Positions 11,566 through 13,923 of a stretch of 13,923 nucleotides of DNA are shown piece after piece. The notes under the pieces were generated by a model. The model made no database searches, was not told the origin of the DNA, and worked only from the letters and a program-made list of their open reading frames with translations. The stretch lies in the IMG/VR virus record IMGVR_UViG_2700989285_000005; one strand, written 5' to 3'. The DNA comes from a virus (lineage: Duplodnaviria > Heunggongvirae > Uroviricota > Caudoviricetes). The position numbers were made by a program, and so were the translations under genes. The first letter of the stretch is position 1; the number at the start of each line of letters is the position of its first letter.

Positions 11566-12066
11566 GAAGATATTCCTTAAAATATTATTGATTTTCATTG
11601 CGATATTGTATGTCTGATTCAGGATATGTTGACTTATACATCGGTTTTGTCTGGGTTATTGGATATGCCAATCCCTAATTTTATTAGGGCATGACTAAAA
11701 ATGCTGAATATGATAAGGAGAGATGTGATTATCAGTATGCTGTTCATATAGCCTCGAATTAGTAATGTGTTATATATGATATAGTTGACAATTTTTATCT
11801 TGGGTGTTCTTAAAGTTCGTAGATAAACATTGTCGTTTCAGGTATACAGGAATGCTAACAGGTGGCAGCAAAAATCAGGCGGTTTATGGCGCAAGCTGAA
11901 GCGGCAACTGCAAACTATCTTATGCAGAGACTCTACACGGATTGGGTTTAAAAGTATACATAGATAACAGTTTTTATCTGAAAAATAAAAATATCAAGGT
12001 GATATAGCCTATATGCCTTTGATGCGGAGGAATGAATGTGATGGGAGTGATGTATCTGAATAGTTG

Positions 12067-12106
12067 AAAAACCGCAGACACGCCTTATGCAAGAACGTGC
12101 TGCGGT
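12067..12106 (-). terminator. Candidate minus-strand intrinsic terminator in the ORF-free prophage end
   Basis: ACCGCAG (12071-12077) pairs with CTGCGGT (12100-12106), with an inner CACG/CGTG stem. On the minus strand the stem is followed by TTTT (complement of A12067-A12070). No annotated minus-strand gene upstream. Confidence 0.3.
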
Positions 12107-12351
12107 TGGCTGGTAAATTTTTCGATAGTGTGAGTATTGAATGATTTCCAGCCGTTCTTGATTTTACGCATAAATCCATGAAAAAACTACTTATCTGTTG
12201 GGGAGTTTTTTTTGGGGCATATATGGGACAGAAATAGGCCCCAGATAGACACTGAGATCGAACTTAGGATGCTTTTTAAAAAATGCAACTATCTGAAAAA
12301 ACCTAGAAAACGCCAAGGAAACCACAGAATGGGAAAAAACACCTGTGAATT

Positions 12352-13635
12352 ATGGATTTCCAGTTATATTCGCTCGGCGCAGCGTTAGTGTTTCATGAAA
12401 TATTTTTTCCTGAATCATCAACGGCAATGGCGTTAATTCTGGCAATGGGAACCTACGGTGCAGGTTATGTGGCGCGTATTGTCGGAGCATTTATTTTCGG
12501 CAAAATGGGCGACAGAATGGGGCGTAAAAAAGTGCTCTTTATTACCATCACCATGATGGGGATCTGTACCACCTTAATTGGTGTGTTACCGACCTATGCA
12601 CAGATTGGTGTTTTTGCACCCATCTTGCTGGTGACGTTGCGTATTATTCAGGGGTTGGGTGCAGGTGCGGAAATTTCCGGTGCCGGTACGATGCTGGCGG
12701 AATATGCGCCAAAAGGTAAGCGCGGAATTATCTCCTCATTTGTGGCTATGGGAACTAACTGCGGAACCTTGAGCGCAACGGCAATCTGGGCCTTTATGTT
12801 CTTCATTCTCAGTAAAGAGGAACTGCTGGCGTGGGGATGGCGTATACCGTTCCTGGCGAGCATTGTCGTGATGGTCTTTGCTATCTGGTTGCGTATGAAT
12901 CTGAAAGAAAGCCCGGTCTTTGAGAAGGTTAACGACAGTAACCAACCGACAGCAAAACCTGCACCTGCTGGTAGCATGTTCCAGAGCAAATCCTTCTGGC
13001 TGGCAACAGGGCTGCGTTTTGGTCAGGCGGGTAACTCCGGGTTAATTCAGACTTTCCTTGCAGGCTATTTAGTGCAGACGTTATTGTTTAACAAAGCAAT
13101 TCCAACAGATGCATTGATGATCAGTTCGATTCTCGGCTTTATGACCATTCCGTTCCTTGGTTGGTTATCCGATAAAATTGGTCGCCGGATCCCGTATATT
13201 ATTATGAATACCTCCGCGATTGTGCTGGCATGGCCAATGCTTTCTATCATTGTAGATAAAAGCTATGCCCCGAGCACCATTATGGTTGCACTGATTGTGA
13301 TTCATAACTGTGCGGTGCTGGGATTATTTGCTCTGGAAAACATTACCATGGCAGAAATGTTCGGCTGTAAAAACCGCTTTACCCGGATGGCTATTTCTAA
13401 AGAAATTGGTGGTCTTATCGCTTCCGGTTTTGGTCCTATCCTGGCGGGTATTTTCTGCACCATGACGGAATCCTGGTATCCGATCGCCATTATGATCATG
13501 GCATATTCAGTGATTGGTTTAATCTCTGCGCTGAAAATGCCAGAGGTGAAAGACCGTGATTTAAGTGCGCTGGAAGACGCTGCGGAAGATCAACCGCGTG
13601 TTGTAAGAGCTGCGCAACCTTCCAGAAGTCTGTAA
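12352..13635 (+). CDS. ydfJ: MFS transporter of the metabolite:H+ symporter family (ShiA/KgtP/ProP-like), N-terminally truncated at the prophage junction, 427 aa
   Basis: Twelve-TM-type hydrophobic profile with G-x3-D-R/K-x-G-R-K motif (GKMGDRMGRKKV). The protein starts MDFQLYSLGAALVFHEIFFP, i.e. inside the conserved W-[YF]-D-F segment of TM1 seen in ShiA/KgtP/ProP. An in-frame TGA sits at 12346-12348. Confidence 0.85.
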   Translation: MDFQLYSLGAALVFHEIFFPESSTAMALILAMGTYGAGYVARIVGAFIFGKMGDRMGRKKVLFITITMMGICTTLIGVLPTYAQIGVFAPILLVTLRIIQGLGAGAEISGAGTMLAEYAPKGKRGIISSFVAMGTNCGTLSATAIWAFMFFILSKEELLAWGWRIPFLASIVVMVFAIWLRMNLKESPVFEKVNDSNQPTAKPAPAGSMFQSKSFWLATGLRFGQAGNSGLIQTFLAGYLVQTLLFNKAIPTDALMISSILGFMTIPFLGWLSDKIGRRIPYIIMNTSAIVLAWPMLSIIVDKSYAPSTIMVALIVIHNCAVLGLFALENITMAEMFGCKNRFTRMAISKEIGGLIASGFGPILAGIFCTMTESWYPIAIMIMAYSVIGLISALKMPEVKDRDLSALEDAAEDQPRVVRAAQPSRSL

Positions 13636-13643
13636 ACCCTTAA

Positions 13644-13672
13644 TCCCTTCTCTTACCGGAGAGGGGATTTTT
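13644..13672 (+). terminator. Rho-independent terminator after the transporter gene
   Basis: 9-bp stem 13644-13652 / 13659-13667 (one G-U pair), 6-nt loop, then TTTTT at 13668-13672. Confidence 0.65.
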
Positions 13673-13723
13673 ATTCATATAACAAAACATATAGCTTGCC
13701 ATATTTATATTTAAGGAATTGTT

Positions 13724-13796
13724 ATGGGAAATAATTTGTTATCAGCAAAAGCGACACTCCCTGTTTATGATCGTAATAACCTGGCCCCAAGAATTG
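13724..13796 (+). pseudogene. 5' end of an ORF (MGNNLLSAKATLPVYDRNNLAPRI) cut by the IS1 insertion
   Basis: AAGGAA RBS at 13713-13718 and ATG at 13724. The frame runs 24 codons and then enters the IS1 terminal repeat, where it stops. By position it is probably the oxidoreductase gene co-transcribed with ydfJ (ydfI in K-12 by recall); this identity is inference. Confidence 0.55.
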
Positions 13797-13923
13797 GGTG
13801 ATGCTGCCAACTTACTGATTTAGTGTATGATGGTGTTTTTGAGGTGCTCCAGTGGCTTCTGTTTCTATCAGCTGTCCCTCCTGTTCAGCTACTGACGGGG
13901 TGGTGCGTAACGGCAAAAGCACC
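13797..13923 (+). mobile_element. IS1 left end (partial; continues beyond the window)
   Basis: GGTGATGCTGCCAACTTACTGATTTAGTGTATGATGGTG is the IS1 terminal inverted repeat as I remember it, followed by the insA start region. Confidence 0.9.
13852..13923 (+). CDS. insA: IS1 InsA, N-terminal part (partial, runs off the window)
   Basis: GTG start. Translation VASVSISCPSCSATDGVVRNGKST matches the InsA zinc-finger N-terminus. Confidence 0.85.
   Translation, partial: MASVSISCPSCSATDGVVRNGKST

Noticed and set aside
12648-13499. Minus-strand ORFs inside the transporter gene (12648..12989, 12736..12945, 13065..13250, 13302..13499)
   Set aside because: They are antisense to a well-supported 12-TM transporter ORF.

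Overview
This window reads as the late (right-arm) end of a degraded Qin-like lambdoid prophage of the Escherichia/Shigella type, its junction with the chromosome, and an IS1 at the right edge. All names come from my memory of phage lambda and the E. coli K-12 Qin prophage plus motif reading; no BLAST or HMM search was possible. Left to right: a low-GC cargo pair (DUF523/DUF1722 Fe-S-type protein and an AraC-family regulator); a lysis cassette (dual-start pinholin, ydfR-like ORF, SAR-type T4-like endolysin, Rz with embedded Rz1); a cold-shock moron cluster (cspI-like gene, zinc-ribbon mini-ORF with no usable start, ynfN-like, gnsB-like); a minus-strand pair ynfO-like RHH protein plus ydfO-like DUF1398 protein; a lambda-type cos site with full-length Nu1, A and W; portal gene B truncated at about codon 212 and fused in frame to the 3' end of a tail-fibre assembly gene; a Pin-type serine invertase; ydfK-like gene; about 785 bp with no ORF; an N-terminally truncated MFS transporter (ydfJ-like); and a short ORF start interrupted by IS1. 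I found no CRISPR array, tRNA or rRNA. I see no canonical defence system; the best candidates for undescribed function are the RHH/DUF1398 pair next to cos, the Fe-S/AraC cargo pair, and the ORF-free stretch at the prophage end.
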